DNA of 64,000 nucleotides, from contig CAWIYV010000014.1 in assembly GCA_963840455.1 (NCBI GenBank), forward strand, positions 1 to 64,000. The letters run 5' to 3'. The notes under the pieces are model-generated. The model ran no database searches. It was not told the DNA's origin and worked only from the letters and a program-made list of their open reading frames with translations. A program made the translations under genes and the position numbers. This document shows positions 9,919 to 19,969 of this stretch, piece after piece; position 1 is the first letter of the stretch, and the number at the start of each line of letters is the position of its first letter. This DNA comes from Nitrospirota bacterium. Lineage in GTDB: Bacteria > Nitrospirota > UBA9217.

Positions 9919-10383
9919 TCATTTCGCCGCGGTGATCACCTTCAGGATGGCTTGTTTGCTGATGTAGCAGACCTTGCCGTAGGCCCGCGTGCACAGGAAC
10001 CTGCCGGTGAGGTTCAGACAGTCCGAGAGCCGTCTGCGCTGGTCCGGCACGTCGGCCAGGAGGTCGCCGCTCACCTGGGCCCCGTCGCGGAAGATCACGG
10101 TGACGAGCTCGACGTGCATGATGTTGAAGGCCGTTTCGTCCTCCGGGTTGTGGACCTCGACCATCCGGACCGCGCTCATGCTGATGAACTCCGGCGTATG
10201 GCCGCTGGACAGGGGGAAGAAGGCGTTCTTGTTCTCCAGGAAGGCCATCATCTTCTGGTGGAGCGTCCGCGCGTCCGGATTGTACTCCAGGAAGATGTTT
10301 CCCTCGATCGTGTCCCCGCCGAGGAGGTACACGGTGACCAGCTGCTTTTCCTTGGGAACGACGAGCTCTCGTTGATCGGCCAC
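9919..10383 (-). CDS. Hypothetical protein with internal duplication, downstream of pilT
   Basis: Two similar halves LVTV..G..I/VxG; RBS aggag; 10 bp from pilT. Confidence 0.75.
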   Translation of the reverse strand: MADQRELVVPKEKQLVTVYLLGGDTIEGNIFLEYNPDARTLHQKMMAFLENKNAFFPLSSGHTPEFISMSAVRMVEVHNPEDETAFNIMHVELVTVIFRDGAQVSGDLLADVPDQRRRLSDCLNLTGRFLCTRAYGKVCYISKQAILKVITAAK

Positions 10384-10393
10384 GATATCCTCC

Positions 10394-11845
10394 TTAATCG
10401 CCCAGTCCGGCCAGGTTGATCGTGATGCCCTTCGACTTCAGCATGGTGACGAAGCCCTGCTTGTCGATGGACTTGATGTAGGCCTCCTCGGGCGCGACCG
10501 TCTTGTCGACGACGTACTTGAAGAGGGCCTCGTTCAACAGCGTCATGCCCTGTCCCTTTGCCGTCTGCATGACCGAGGGGATCTGGTAGATCTTTCCCTC
10601 CCGGATGAGGTTGGACACGGCGCTGTTCACGAACAGGACCTCCATGGCGGCCACCCGGCCCCCGCCGATCTTCTTGCAGAGCGTCTGGGAGATCACGCCC
10701 TTCAGCGAGCTTGCCAGCATGGTCCGGATCTGGGACTGCCGGTCCGCCGGGAACTGGTCGATGATGCGGTCCACGGTCGAAGCGGCGGTGGTGGTGTGGA
10801 GGGTGCCGAAGACGAGGTGGCCGGTCTCGGCCGTCTCGATGGCGATGGCGATCGTCTCGAGGTCCCGCATCTCGCCCACGAGCACGATGTCCGGGTCCTC
10901 GCGCAGCGCAGCGCGGAGCGCGTTGGCGAAGGACCTGGTGTGCACGTGGACCTCGCGCTGGTTGATGAGGCATTGCTTCCGCTGATGGACGAACTCGATG
11001 GGGTCCTCGATGGTGATGATGTGGTCCTTCCGGTGCCGGTTGATGTAGTCCACGAGCGCGCAGAGGGTGGTGGACTTGCCGGAGCCTGTGGGTCCCGTGA
11101 CCAGGACCAGCCCCTTGGACAGGAAGCAGAGGTCAAGCACCTCTTTCGAGAGCCCCAGCTTTTCGGCGGTCACGATGTCCATGGGGATCGTCCGGAAGAC
11201 CGCGCCCATGCCGAATCGGTCCAGGAAGACGTTCACGCGGAACCGCGCGAGGCCCGCGATCTCATAGGCGAAGTCGGTGTCGTGGATGTCCTCGAACTGG
11301 CTGGCGTTGTGCGGCAGCATGATGCCCCCGATGAGGGCGCTCATGCGCTCCGGCGTGATGGGGGGCTGGTCGGAGAGCTCCTGCATGTCGCCGTGGAGAC
11401 GGATCAGGGGTCTATGGTTCGAGGTGATGTGAAGGTCCGACGCCCCCATCTGGAACATCTTGCGCAGCAGGCCGTTGATCTCCGGTTCAGCGCCCGATGC
11501 CGCAGGTCTCGGTGCGCCTGCAGCGCCAGGCGCCGCGGCGTCCTCATCATATCCGGGAATGGCGATCTTCGCCGTGATGTTGTCGCCTTCAGATGTGTAC
11601 AGTACCACCACGGTCTTTCCGCCGAAGGTGTATTCGAACCGGGAAGGCTTCCGCTGGGCGATGGCGGCCCGGATGCCCATGGGGGCGATCTCCTGCACGA
11701 GCGGAATGAGCTGCTGGGCAGAAAGCTGCTGGTTCAGCATCGGCTTCGCGCCGGCATCGGTCTTGAGCATCGGGTTCTTGCCGGACTCGAGGAGGATCTC
11801 CTGGTTCAGCTGGAGCTTGTCGATGAGCTTGTCGAGTTGTGCCAT
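10394..11845 (-). CDS. pilT: Type IV pilus retraction ATPase PilT with extra N-terminal domain
   Basis: GPTGSGKST, TIEDPIE, ALREDPD, GEMRD, TGHLVFGTLHT. Confidence 0.93.
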   Translation of the reverse strand: MAQLDKLIDKLQLNQEILLESGKNPMLKTDAGAKPMLNQQLSAQQLIPLVQEIAPMGIRAAIAQRKPSRFEYTFGGKTVVVLYTSEGDNITAKIAIPGYDEDAAAPGAAGAPRPAASGAEPEINGLLRKMFQMGASDLHITSNHRPLIRLHGDMQELSDQPPITPERMSALIGGIMLPHNASQFEDIHDTDFAYEIAGLARFRVNVFLDRFGMGAVFRTIPMDIVTAEKLGLSKEVLDLCFLSKGLVLVTGPTGSGKSTTLCALVDYINRHRKDHIITIEDPIEFVHQRKQCLINQREVHVHTRSFANALRAALREDPDIVLVGEMRDLETIAIAIETAETGHLVFGTLHTTTAASTVDRIIDQFPADRQSQIRTMLASSLKGVISQTLCKKIGGGRVAAMEVLFVNSAVSNLIREGKIYQIPSVMQTAKGQGMTLLNEALFKYVVDKTVAPEEAYIKSIDKQGFVTMLKSKGITINLAGLGD

Positions 11846-12135
11846 GGGGCCTTCCTGATGGGTTCGGATGGTAAAGGGTAGACAAAATTTAGCACATTTC
11901 GGCGGGTTTTTCCAGCCTTATCAGGGCGGGCCGCCGTACAGGGGAAAAAGGGGTTTCGCGGGACAGGCGCAGCAGGGGGAGGGCCTCGGGGAATGAGGGT
12001 ACCATTTGCCATGCTCTTTCAGGAACCTGGAAAATTCCTGTTTCAAGCTGCCGGCGAGGACCGATCCATTCGTGCGGACAGGTGAGCATTTTTTCTCCGC
12101 TTGTCAACAGCGGGGTAATTGAGTACAATCCACCC

Positions 12136-12549
12136 ATGCAGCGCTCCCTACACAAGGCCGGTCCGGCGGACGCTTTCACGGGCCGCCTCCGCGAGCTGGG
12201 GCTCCGCAGGGAGGACCTTGTCGAGAAGTTCATCCGATCCGCCGGCAAGGGCGGGCAGAACGTCAACAAGACCTCGACGTGCGTCTATCTCAAGCATCTC
12301 CCGACCGGCATTGAGGTCAAATGCCAGCAGGAGCGTTCCCAGGCCATGAACCGCATCGCCGCACTCGGACTCCTCGCCGGGAAGATAGCGCAGGCCGCCC
12401 TCAGAGTGAAGCAGGCGCGGAAGCAGGCGCAGGAGAAGGAGCGCCGGAGGAAGCGTCCGCGGCCGGCCCGGCTGAAGGAAAGGATCCTCGAGACCAAGAA
12501 AAAGGTCGCCGAGAAGAAGCGGCTGCGGGGGAAGAAGTTCGAGGAATAA
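12136..12549 (+). CDS. Peptide chain release factor-like protein (RF-1 GGQ domain, ArfB-like)
   Basis: GKGGQNVNK, HLPTGI, RSQ..NR, basic C-terminal tail. Confidence 0.88.
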   Translation: MQRSLHKAGPADAFTGRLRELGLRREDLVEKFIRSAGKGGQNVNKTSTCVYLKHLPTGIEVKCQQERSQAMNRIAALGLLAGKIAQAALRVKQARKQAQEKERRRKRPRPARLKERILETKKKVAEKKRLRGKKFEE

Positions 12550-12669
12550 GAAACAGGGTCATTTCCAGAACAAGTGGGTACGATCATAAGGATCTCGAAC
12601 GAATTCGTGTCCGTACGAGGAAGTTCCTGTTGGTTTTCTTTTTTCTGCATCCCGGTTGTATCTCCAAGC

Positions 12670-13026
12670 AGCAAGATGCATGGAGATACGATCCTCAAGG
12701 TAGGTTTATCCTAAGCGCTCGCTAATCCCGCGAAAACCCGCGGGATGCGCTCGCTCCTGGATTCGCAGGTCTGTGCAGGCATGCATTGCTGGTACTTTTT
12801 ACAGGTTTACTCGAGCACCGCAGCACTTCCCCTCGCCTGAAAAAACGGGCTCGGCCGTGTCTGCCTGGCTTGGTGGTAGCATTGGCCGGGACCGCTTTCG
12901 CATGCTTGTGCACAGACCTGTTGAAGCTCCCAAAAGCAAACTGCATGGAGCTTCGATCCTCAGGGTAGTCTTTATTCTAGTCGCTTGCTGAGCCCAAACT
13001 GCGGGGCTGAGCTCGCTCCTGGATTC
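12670..13026 (-). repeat. Two reverse-strand copies of the 86-bp/REP element family
   Basis: cgatcctca..ctcgctcctggattc at about 12670-12764 and 12921-13026; 12818-12865 also matches 4371-4417. Confidence 0.8.
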
Positions 13027-13101
13027 ACGGGATGCAGGGGCCCCTGGAAAGTCAGAGGCATTGGTCTTTACCCAAGCCCCGCATGTCCCCGGCGCGGCCC
13101 T

Positions 13102-13227
13102 ATGAAATTCCTGGGCCCCCGTCTTGGCCTAAGGCAGCGTTCCGCAGGGCGAACGCGCATGTCTGAGGCCGAAGGCCGAGTTTGCGCGGGCGAGCGGACG
13201 TGGCCTTAGACGGGTCAGGAATTTCAT
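13102..13227. repeat. Long palindromic element
   Basis: atgaaattcctg/caggaatttcat arms, ccgtct/agacgg, core ggccgaaggcc. Confidence 0.7.
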
Positions 13228-13381
13228 TCAGGACGCGAAGGGGATATGCAAAAAATGAAATAATATACCCACTCACGAGGAAGAAGACCCAAGAACCAAA
13301 GGGGCAGGTATCCAGGGTCAAGTCCGTAACCTCTGTGCCTCCGTGGTGGAATCTCATCTGATGTCAGTTTCCGGAGGGAAA

Positions 13382-14281
13382 GTGGACAGGAACGAACGGT
13401 TCGGCAGCGCAACCCGGGTCATCCAGGTCGGTTTCTGGGTGAACGCGGGGCTCATGACCATGAAGCTCCTTGCCGGCCATTTCGGCAGGTCCGAGGCGGT
13501 CTTTGCCGACGGCATGGAGAGCGCCGCGGACTTCATCGCGATCCTTGCGAGCATGATCGCCCTGCGCATCGGCAGCCAGCCCTATGACGAGGCGCACCCC
13601 TATGGCCACGGCAAGGCCGAGAGCCTCGCGGCGATCATTGTGGCCCTCGTCATCTTCGGGACCGGCGGATGGATCCTTTTCCGGGCCGTGCACACCATCA
13701 TCGACGGTGCCTATGAGGTCCCGGGCGCCGTGGCCGTGGCCGCGGCATTCCTGACGATCATCATCAAAGAGGCCCTGTACCGGTATTCCATAACCGTTGG
13801 GAAGCGGCTCGGCAGCCCCGCCATCCTTGCCGCTGCCAAGGACCACCGGAAGGACGCCATCACCTCCGTCAGCACCCTGATCGGCGTGACCGGCGCGTTC
13901 TTCGGCCTGGCGATCATGGACCCGATCGCCGCGGGCCTCACCTCTTTCTTCATCTTCCACATAGGGTACGAGACGTTCATGACCGCCGCCCATGAACTGA
14001 TGGACGGCTTCCCGGCCGATGAGTGCATCGGCGACATTGCGAAGCTTGCCGAGGGGGTCGAGGGCGTCGAGCATGTCCACGAGATCCGCTGCCGAAGGTC
14101 CGGCCAGTACCTCATCGTGGACCTGAAGCTGGACATGGACCCCGAGATGACGGTCCGGCGCTCCCACACCATCGCCACGGAGGTCAAGCGGCGCATCTTC
14201 GAGGGCTTTCCCCACGTGGGCGACGTGATGATCCATATCAATCCCCACGAGGAGCAGCACGAGGACCTCATACGGTTGTAA
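13382..14281 (+). CDS. Cation diffusion facilitator family transporter (FieF-like)
   Basis: S.AVFADG.ES..D, HPYGHGKAE, DHRKD, C-terminal IHINP; GTG start after ggaggg. Confidence 0.92.
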   Translation: MDRNERFGSATRVIQVGFWVNAGLMTMKLLAGHFGRSEAVFADGMESAADFIAILASMIALRIGSQPYDEAHPYGHGKAESLAAIIVALVIFGTGGWILFRAVHTIIDGAYEVPGAVAVAAAFLTIIIKEALYRYSITVGKRLGSPAILAAAKDHRKDAITSVSTLIGVTGAFFGLAIMDPIAAGLTSFFIFHIGYETFMTAAHELMDGFPADECIGDIAKLAEGVEGVEHVHEIRCRRSGQYLIVDLKLDMDPEMTVRRSHTIATEVKRRIFEGFPHVGDVMIHINPHEEQHEDLIRL

Positions 14282-14410
14282 AAAAAACAGCGCAAGACCG
14301 CATTTTTCTGTTGACGGAAAAAGTTCAGGGAGTTATCATATATCCGTTGTCCGGCCAGTGCGGCCGGGCGGTCTCATTCTTCTCTCATTATGTAGGATAC
14401 GCTGGTTTTC

Positions 14411-15097
14411 ATGGCATTCATTGTTCTTCTCATTATCGGTCTTTCACTGGTCCCTTCCTTCGCGTTCGCCTGGGGTCCGCTGACCCATATGTACCTGGGC
14501 AACGAGATCTTTGCCTACGGTCCGCTCATCCCCGCCGGGATCTTCGCCCTCATCAAGAAATACCGCCAGGACTTCCTGTACGGGAACCTCATGGCCGACA
14601 GCATCATCGGAAAGAAGTACCTGCCTGATGATAAAAGCTCCCACAGCTGGGAGGTGGCTATCCGCCTCCTGAACCAGGCGGAGCAGGACGCCGAGAAGGC
14701 CTTTGCCTACGGTTACCTCAGCCACCTGGCCGCCGACACGGTAGCCCATGAGATACTGACCGAGGATATGCGCAACATGGAGCACACGTGGGCTGAGCTG
14801 AAGGCAGACAGCATGATCAAAAAGTCCTACTGGGTCCAGTCCGTGACCTTCAGCAAGGCGGTCCAGAAGCGGAACGACCTGTTCATGGAAAGCTCCCTCG
14901 ACCGGTTCCTCTTTTCCTACAAGACGAACAAGCGCATCTACAAAAGCGTGGTGTTCCTTTCGTTCCTGAACAAGAAGCGGAAGCGCGCACTGGACCGGGA
15001 CCACCTGAACAAGCTCCACTTCGAGTCCATTGCCAGGACCCTGGACCTCTTCGAGAACGGCGTCGAAGCCGCGGTCCTCGAAAAAAGCCCCCTGTAG
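14411..15097 (+). CDS. Zinc-dependent phospholipase C family protein
   Basis: AWG..TH after signal peptide; GYLSHLAADTVAH; H...E. Confidence 0.8.
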   Translation: MAFIVLLIIGLSLVPSFAFAWGPLTHMYLGNEIFAYGPLIPAGIFALIKKYRQDFLYGNLMADSIIGKKYLPDDKSSHSWEVAIRLLNQAEQDAEKAFAYGYLSHLAADTVAHEILTEDMRNMEHTWAELKADSMIKKSYWVQSVTFSKAVQKRNDLFMESSLDRFLFSYKTNKRIYKSVVFLSFLNKKRKRALDRDHLNKLHFESIARTLDLFENGVEAAVLEKSPL

Positions 15098-15191
15098 ACG
15101 TTCCTTCTCTGCGATCCCCCTGATCCTCATTGTTGTGTGTGCCGCGTCTGATATACGATCCTCATCGTCCCGTCCCTTGAAGGAGGCCCGC

Positions 15192-15674
15192 ATGGATATT
15201 ACGACCGTGAAGGTCCCTATCCCCGAAGGCTGCAACATCATCCTGGGCCAGACCCATTTCATCAAGACCGCCGAGGACCTCTACGAGATCATCGCGGGTG
15301 CGGTGCCGGGTGCGAAGTTCGGCATCGCGTTCACCGAGGCCTCGGGCCCCTGCCTCATCCGCACCGAGGGGAACGACGATGGCCTCGTCCGGTCCTGTGC
15401 GGAGACGCTCCAGTCCATCGGCGCAGGCCACGTGTTCTGCATCCTGCTCAGGAACGCCTTCCCGGTGAACGTGCTGAACCAGATCAAGAACTGCCCGGAG
15501 GTCTGCCGTGTCTTCTGCGCCACGGCGAACCCCCTCGAAGCGGTCGTGGCAACGAGCGCCCAGGGCAAGGGCGTCCTCGGCGTCATTGACGGCTTCCCGC
15601 CGAAAGGCGTCGAGACCGGGCCGGACCGGGCCCAGCGCCGGGAGTTCCTGCGGAAGATCGGGTACAAACTGTAG
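15192..15674 (+). CDS. Adenosine-specific kinase family (DUF355) protein
   Basis: GQTHFIKT.EDL, FTEASGPCL, CATANP, IGYK. Confidence 0.88.
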   Translation: MDITTVKVPIPEGCNIILGQTHFIKTAEDLYEIIAGAVPGAKFGIAFTEASGPCLIRTEGNDDGLVRSCAETLQSIGAGHVFCILLRNAFPVNVLNQIKNCPEVCRVFCATANPLEAVVATSAQGKGVLGVIDGFPPKGVETGPDRAQRREFLRKIGYKL

Positions 15675-15773
15675 GAAGACTCCGCTTGCCTATTCCGGGG
15701 AAAAGGGGTAAAGTGTGCGGGATCTGCGAACCGGGAAGGGCCCGGTATCACGAGGAACGAAGGAGTGCATTCC

Positions 15774-16547
15774 ATGAAGAGAACGGGAATAATGATGATC
15801 GCGCTGATCATGATGATCAGTACGGGTGCCGCGTTCGCGGCGAACGAGAAGACGGCGTCCGAACCGGCGGTGAAAAAACCGTCGATCAAACCCATGCAGG
15901 AAGAGAGCTCGGGCAACATCTCCGGCAAGGTCGTGGAGACCATGAACGCCGGCGGCTACACCTATGTTTGCGTCGAGAAGAACGGCAAGAAGACCTGGGT
16001 GGCGGTGCCGGAAATGAAGAAGGTGACCGTCGGCTCGAAGATGTCCTTTCAGCCAGGCTCGGTCATGCCGAACTTCACCAGCAAGACCCTGAACAGGACC
16101 TTTGACAGCATCGTGTTCTCCGGCGGCCCCGTAGCCGCAGGCGGCCAGGCCGCGCCGGGCATGCCGGGCGGCGACCCGACCCATGCCGGCAGCAAGGCGA
16201 GTGTCGCTGCCCCCGACAAGAACATCAAGGTCGAGAAGCCCGCCGGCGACAACGCTTACACGATCAGCGAGGCCTACGCGAAAAGCACCGACCTGAACAA
16301 GAAGCAGGTGGCCGTAAAAGGCAAGGTCGTGAAGTTCTCGCAGGGGATCATGGGCAAGAACTGGGTGCATATCCAGGATGGTTCGGGCGACCAGCAGAAG
16401 GGGACCCACGACCTGGTGGCGACCACGCAGGACACGGCAGCCGTGGGCGACATTGTCACGGTCACCGGCACCTTCGCCAAGGACAAGGACTTCGGCGCCG
16501 GCTACAGCTACAAGGCGATCATCGAGGATGCGAAGGTCCAGAAGTAG
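15774..16547 (+). CDS. Periplasmic OB-fold protein (NrfJ-like)
   Basis: Signal peptide; GKVVETM..GYTY, SKTLNRTFD, MGKNWVHIQDG, DFGAGY. Confidence 0.8.
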   Translation: MKRTGIMMIALIMMISTGAAFAANEKTASEPAVKKPSIKPMQEESSGNISGKVVETMNAGGYTYVCVEKNGKKTWVAVPEMKKVTVGSKMSFQPGSVMPNFTSKTLNRTFDSIVFSGGPVAAGGQAAPGMPGGDPTHAGSKASVAAPDKNIKVEKPAGDNAYTISEAYAKSTDLNKKQVAVKGKVVKFSQGIMGKNWVHIQDGSGDQQKGTHDLVATTQDTAAVGDIVTVTGTFAKDKDFGAGYSYKAIIEDAKVQK

Positions 16548-16677
16548 TCCATTCCTTCAGGCAACGAACAGCAGGGCATGCCCCCGACCGGGTGCGTGCC
16601 CTTCTTTTTCCTGCCTGCAGTTGACTTGATTCCGGCACTTGGATACAATGAGCAATCACCATTCAGGAGGATCCATC

Positions 16678-17610
16678 ATGGCGAAATCCTACGACGCGAT
16701 CATCATCGGCTCCGGCCCCGCGGGCCTGACGGCCGCGCTGTACCTGGGCAGGGCAGGCCAGAAGTGCGTGATCCTGGAAAAAGAATTCCCGGGGGGCTAC
16801 ACGGCCAAGATCGCCGAGATCGAGAACTATCCCGGCTACGAGGAGATCAGCGGGTTCGACCTGACCGCGATCATGCAGAAGCAGGCTGAAAAGTTCGGCG
16901 CCGAGCTCATCTTCCCCGTCGAAGTGGTGGAGATGGACCTGAAGGGCGAGACGAAGCGCGTGAAGACCCGGGACGAGGTCTATGAGGCCCCCGTGGTGAT
17001 CATCGCCGTCGGCGTGGCGCGCAAGAAGCTGAAGGTGCCCGGTGCCCGCGAGTTCCTGGGCAAGGGTGTGTCCTACTGCGCGACGTGCGACGGGAATTTC
17101 TTCAAGGGCCGGAAGGTCGCCGTGATCGGTGCGGACAACGAGGCCGCCGACGAGGCCCTGCACCTTGCCGAGCTGGCCGAGAAGGTGACCTTGATTCCCC
17201 ATAAACAGATTGAGATCGTAGACTCGGTCCACGCGAGGCTTAAGGCGAAGCCGAACATCGAGATGCTGCCGGTCACCCAGATCAAAGAGATCGTCGGTGA
17301 CGAGCTCGTCACCGGCCTCAAAATATCCCGGGATGAAGCGGATCATGTTCTTCCGCTGGATGGTGTGTTCATCGCCCTTGGTTCCACGCCCATCAACGAC
17401 CTCATCGTCAATTCCGGCGGCCAGGCGGACGACCGGGGCTGTCTGCTGACGGACCGCAACCAGAGGATGAACCTCGACGGCGTGTTCGCCGCCGGGGACT
17501 GCACCTGCGGCGGCATGCAGATCGTGACCGCGGCCGGCGAGGGGGCCGTGGCCGGTATGCGCTCGGCCGCGGTGATCCGCCGGATCAAGTCGAAGGCGGC
17601 GGGGAAATAG
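16678..17610 (+). CDS. trxB: Thioredoxin reductase-like flavoprotein
   Basis: GSGPAG, IENYPG, GVSYCATCDG, GVFAAGD. Confidence 0.88.
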   Translation: MAKSYDAIIIGSGPAGLTAALYLGRAGQKCVILEKEFPGGYTAKIAEIENYPGYEEISGFDLTAIMQKQAEKFGAELIFPVEVVEMDLKGETKRVKTRDEVYEAPVVIIAVGVARKKLKVPGAREFLGKGVSYCATCDGNFFKGRKVAVIGADNEAADEALHLAELAEKVTLIPHKQIEIVDSVHARLKAKPNIEMLPVTQIKEIVGDELVTGLKISRDEADHVLPLDGVFIALGSTPINDLIVNSGGQADDRGCLLTDRNQRMNLDGVFAAGDCTCGGMQIVTAAGEGAVAGMRSAAVIRRIKSKAAGK

Positions 17611-17770
17611 AACGTCAACAGATAAAGGCTTGAACCGCTAAGGCGCAACCAAATGTAGGCGCTTCTAAGCGAGAGCGCGAAGGACGGCCCGTCAGTCCCG
17701 ATCCATGGTTGAGGGTTTTCTTCGCGACCTTCGCGTCTTCGCGGTACATATGCTTCTGGTGGATCGAACG

Positions 17771-19057
17771 ATGACCATGAAAGACATGCTCGGCCGGAGC
17801 GGGGTCGTCTCCCGCGAAGAAGCGCTCAAGGTCCTGGACGGGCATCTCGTCATTCCGTCGCTTCCGTCCGACGATATCTCCCTCAGCGCCGTCCTCGGCC
17901 GCGTTCTCGCGCGCGATATCCTCTCCCCTTCCGACCAGCCGGGATTCGACCGCTCGACCATGGACGGCTACGCGGTCCGGAGCAGCGACACCTTCGGCGC
18001 TGCCGAGTCGCGTCCCGCGTTGCTCTCTGTCACCGGCGACATTCCCATGGGCATCATGCCGGGCCAGGCCATCGCCAAGGGCGAGTGCATGAAGATCGCC
18101 ACCGGCGGCGCGCTTCCGAAGGGCGCGGACGCGGTGGTCATGTTCGAGCAGACCCAGCGCGTTGACGGGGCGACCATCGAGGTCGTGAAAGCGGTCGCGC
18201 CGGAAGAGAACGTCAGCAAGACCGGCGAGGACATGAAGAAGGGCGAGGCCGTGTTCGGCAGCGGCCACGTCATCAGGCCGCAGGACATGGCGGCCCTCGC
18301 CGGCATGGGCATCACCCGCGTGCCCGTTTTCGCGAAGCCCCGTGTCGCCATCGTCTCCACCGGCAACGAGATCGTCCCTGCCGACACGGTGCCGGAGCCC
18401 GGACAGATCCGGGACAGCAATTCGTATCAGCTCGAAGGCTACATCACGCTGGCGGGCGGCATTGCCGTGAAGAAAGGCATCCTGCCCGATGATTACCAAG
18501 CCCTGCGCGCTGCGCTCGAAGAAGCAGCGGCTGACTGCCACATCGTCCTGTTCACCGGCGGCAGCTCCGTCGGGACCGCGGACTTCACCGCCCGGGTCAT
18601 CAATGACCTCGGGCCCCCGGGGGTGCTGGTGCACGGCGTCTCCCTCAAGCCGGGCAAACCGCTCATCATCGGGCTGGTCAGAGGCAAGGCATCGGGAGCA
18701 GCGGTCCCGGTCTTCGGCCTTCCCGGCCACCAGGCAGCGGTAGCCATCTGTTTCGAACAATTCGTGCGGCCGGTCCTGACTCGGTTCACCGGCGCGGCCC
18801 CCGACCCGGCGCTTGCAGGCGTCTCGCCGTACCGCATGGTGAAGGCAAAGCTCAGCCGGAGCATCGCGTCCTCGCCGGGCCGCGAGGACCACGTGCGCGT
18901 CACGCTCGAGAAGCGGGAGGACGGCCTCTGGGCGCGTCCCGTGTTCGGGGCGTCAGGCCTCATCAGCACGCTGGTGAAGGCCGTGGGCACCGTGGTGGTG
19001 CCGGTGAACACCATCGGCATCGAGGCGGGCGAGGAAGTGGAAGTGAGGCTGTTCTAA
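17771..19057 (+). CDS. moeA: Molybdopterin molybdotransferase MoeA
   Basis: PGFDRSTMDGYA, TGGALP.GADAV, STGNE, KPGKP, GLPG. Confidence 0.93.
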   Translation: MTMKDMLGRSGVVSREEALKVLDGHLVIPSLPSDDISLSAVLGRVLARDILSPSDQPGFDRSTMDGYAVRSSDTFGAAESRPALLSVTGDIPMGIMPGQAIAKGECMKIATGGALPKGADAVVMFEQTQRVDGATIEVVKAVAPEENVSKTGEDMKKGEAVFGSGHVIRPQDMAALAGMGITRVPVFAKPRVAIVSTGNEIVPADTVPEPGQIRDSNSYQLEGYITLAGGIAVKKGILPDDYQALRAALEEAAADCHIVLFTGGSSVGTADFTARVINDLGPPGVLVHGVSLKPGKPLIIGLVRGKASGAAVPVFGLPGHQAAVAICFEQFVRPVLTRFTGAAPDPALAGVSPYRMVKAKLSRSIASSPGREDHVRVTLEKREDGLWARPVFGASGLISTLVKAVGTVVVPVNTIGIEAGEEVEVRLF

Positions 19058-19123
19058 TCGCAGATTGCGGAATATCCCTCCTGTAAGCGTCTTCGGCTCA
19101 CGCGGTAGAAGGAACCTTGAAAA

Positions 19124-19711
19124 GTGTCCAAATTGATCGAAAAGCTTCTTTCCCTTGATGGGCATGTCTGCCCCTGGTGGCTGGCATGGACCTTCGACAA
19201 CCCGCTTCGGAAATGGTTCCAGGACCCGGAGCGCATTCTCGGGAGCCTTGTCAGGGAAGGTATGACCGTGGCGGACATCGGTTGCGGCATGGGCTACTTC
19301 TCCGTTGCCATGGCAAGGATGATCGGGCCTGCAGGCCGGGTGCTCTCCGTGGACCTTCAGGAACAGATGCTAAAGTACCTGGAGAAACGCGCTGTCAGAG
19401 CGGGCGTACAGGACCGCATCACCACTATACTGGGTGAACCGGATGACATCAAGATAACCGATCCCAAGGTGGACTTCATGCTGGCCTTCTGGATGGTGCA
19501 TGAAGTAAAGGACATCCCCCGGTTCTTCGGCCAGGTGGCGAAGGCGTTGAAGCCGACCGGCTCGATGCTCTGTGTCGAACCGCGCATGCATGTGTCTCCG
19601 AGGCGGTTCGAGGAGATACTTGGCTACGGGAAATCTGCAGGTTTTGTGGTGTGCGATGGTCCGAAGGTCGGGATGAGCAGGTCTGCTGTTCTAAAGTCAG
19701 GCGGCACGTAG
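19124..19711 (+). CDS. Class I SAM-dependent methyltransferase
   Basis: VADIGCGMGYF, VDLQ, HVCPWW. Confidence 0.88.
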   Translation: MSKLIEKLLSLDGHVCPWWLAWTFDNPLRKWFQDPERILGSLVREGMTVADIGCGMGYFSVAMARMIGPAGRVLSVDLQEQMLKYLEKRAVRAGVQDRITTILGEPDDIKITDPKVDFMLAFWMVHEVKDIPRFFGQVAKALKPTGSMLCVEPRMHVSPRRFEEILGYGKSAGFVVCDGPKVGMSRSAVLKSGGT

Positions 19712-19969
19712 GAGTGGCGCGAAAGGGAAGCTGGGAAAAGGAACAGGGTGATGATTGTTCGTACTGCTGAGAGGAAGCATTATGATAATGTGCTGATATG
19801 GCCCCCCAGCATTGTTGGATTCGTGCTACCCATAGGAACGCTTTTGCCGGGTGCGTCAACTTCTCCCATAGCATTATTGACGGTTCCTCTTTTTGGCGTG
19901 CCTGCGGTCTTGCTATCGCATTGGATCGTAGACAAGCTTCAAGAGGGGTAGAGTGCGCCCGTAAATATC

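Noticed and set aside
13382-14281. Magnetosome MamB/MamM call for the CDF transporter
   Set aside because: No other mam genes nearby; a generic FieF-like call is sufficient.
19748-19951. 67-aa hydrophobic ORF between the methyltransferase and the moeA fusion
   Set aside because: Possibly a remnant, but no motif or convincing start.
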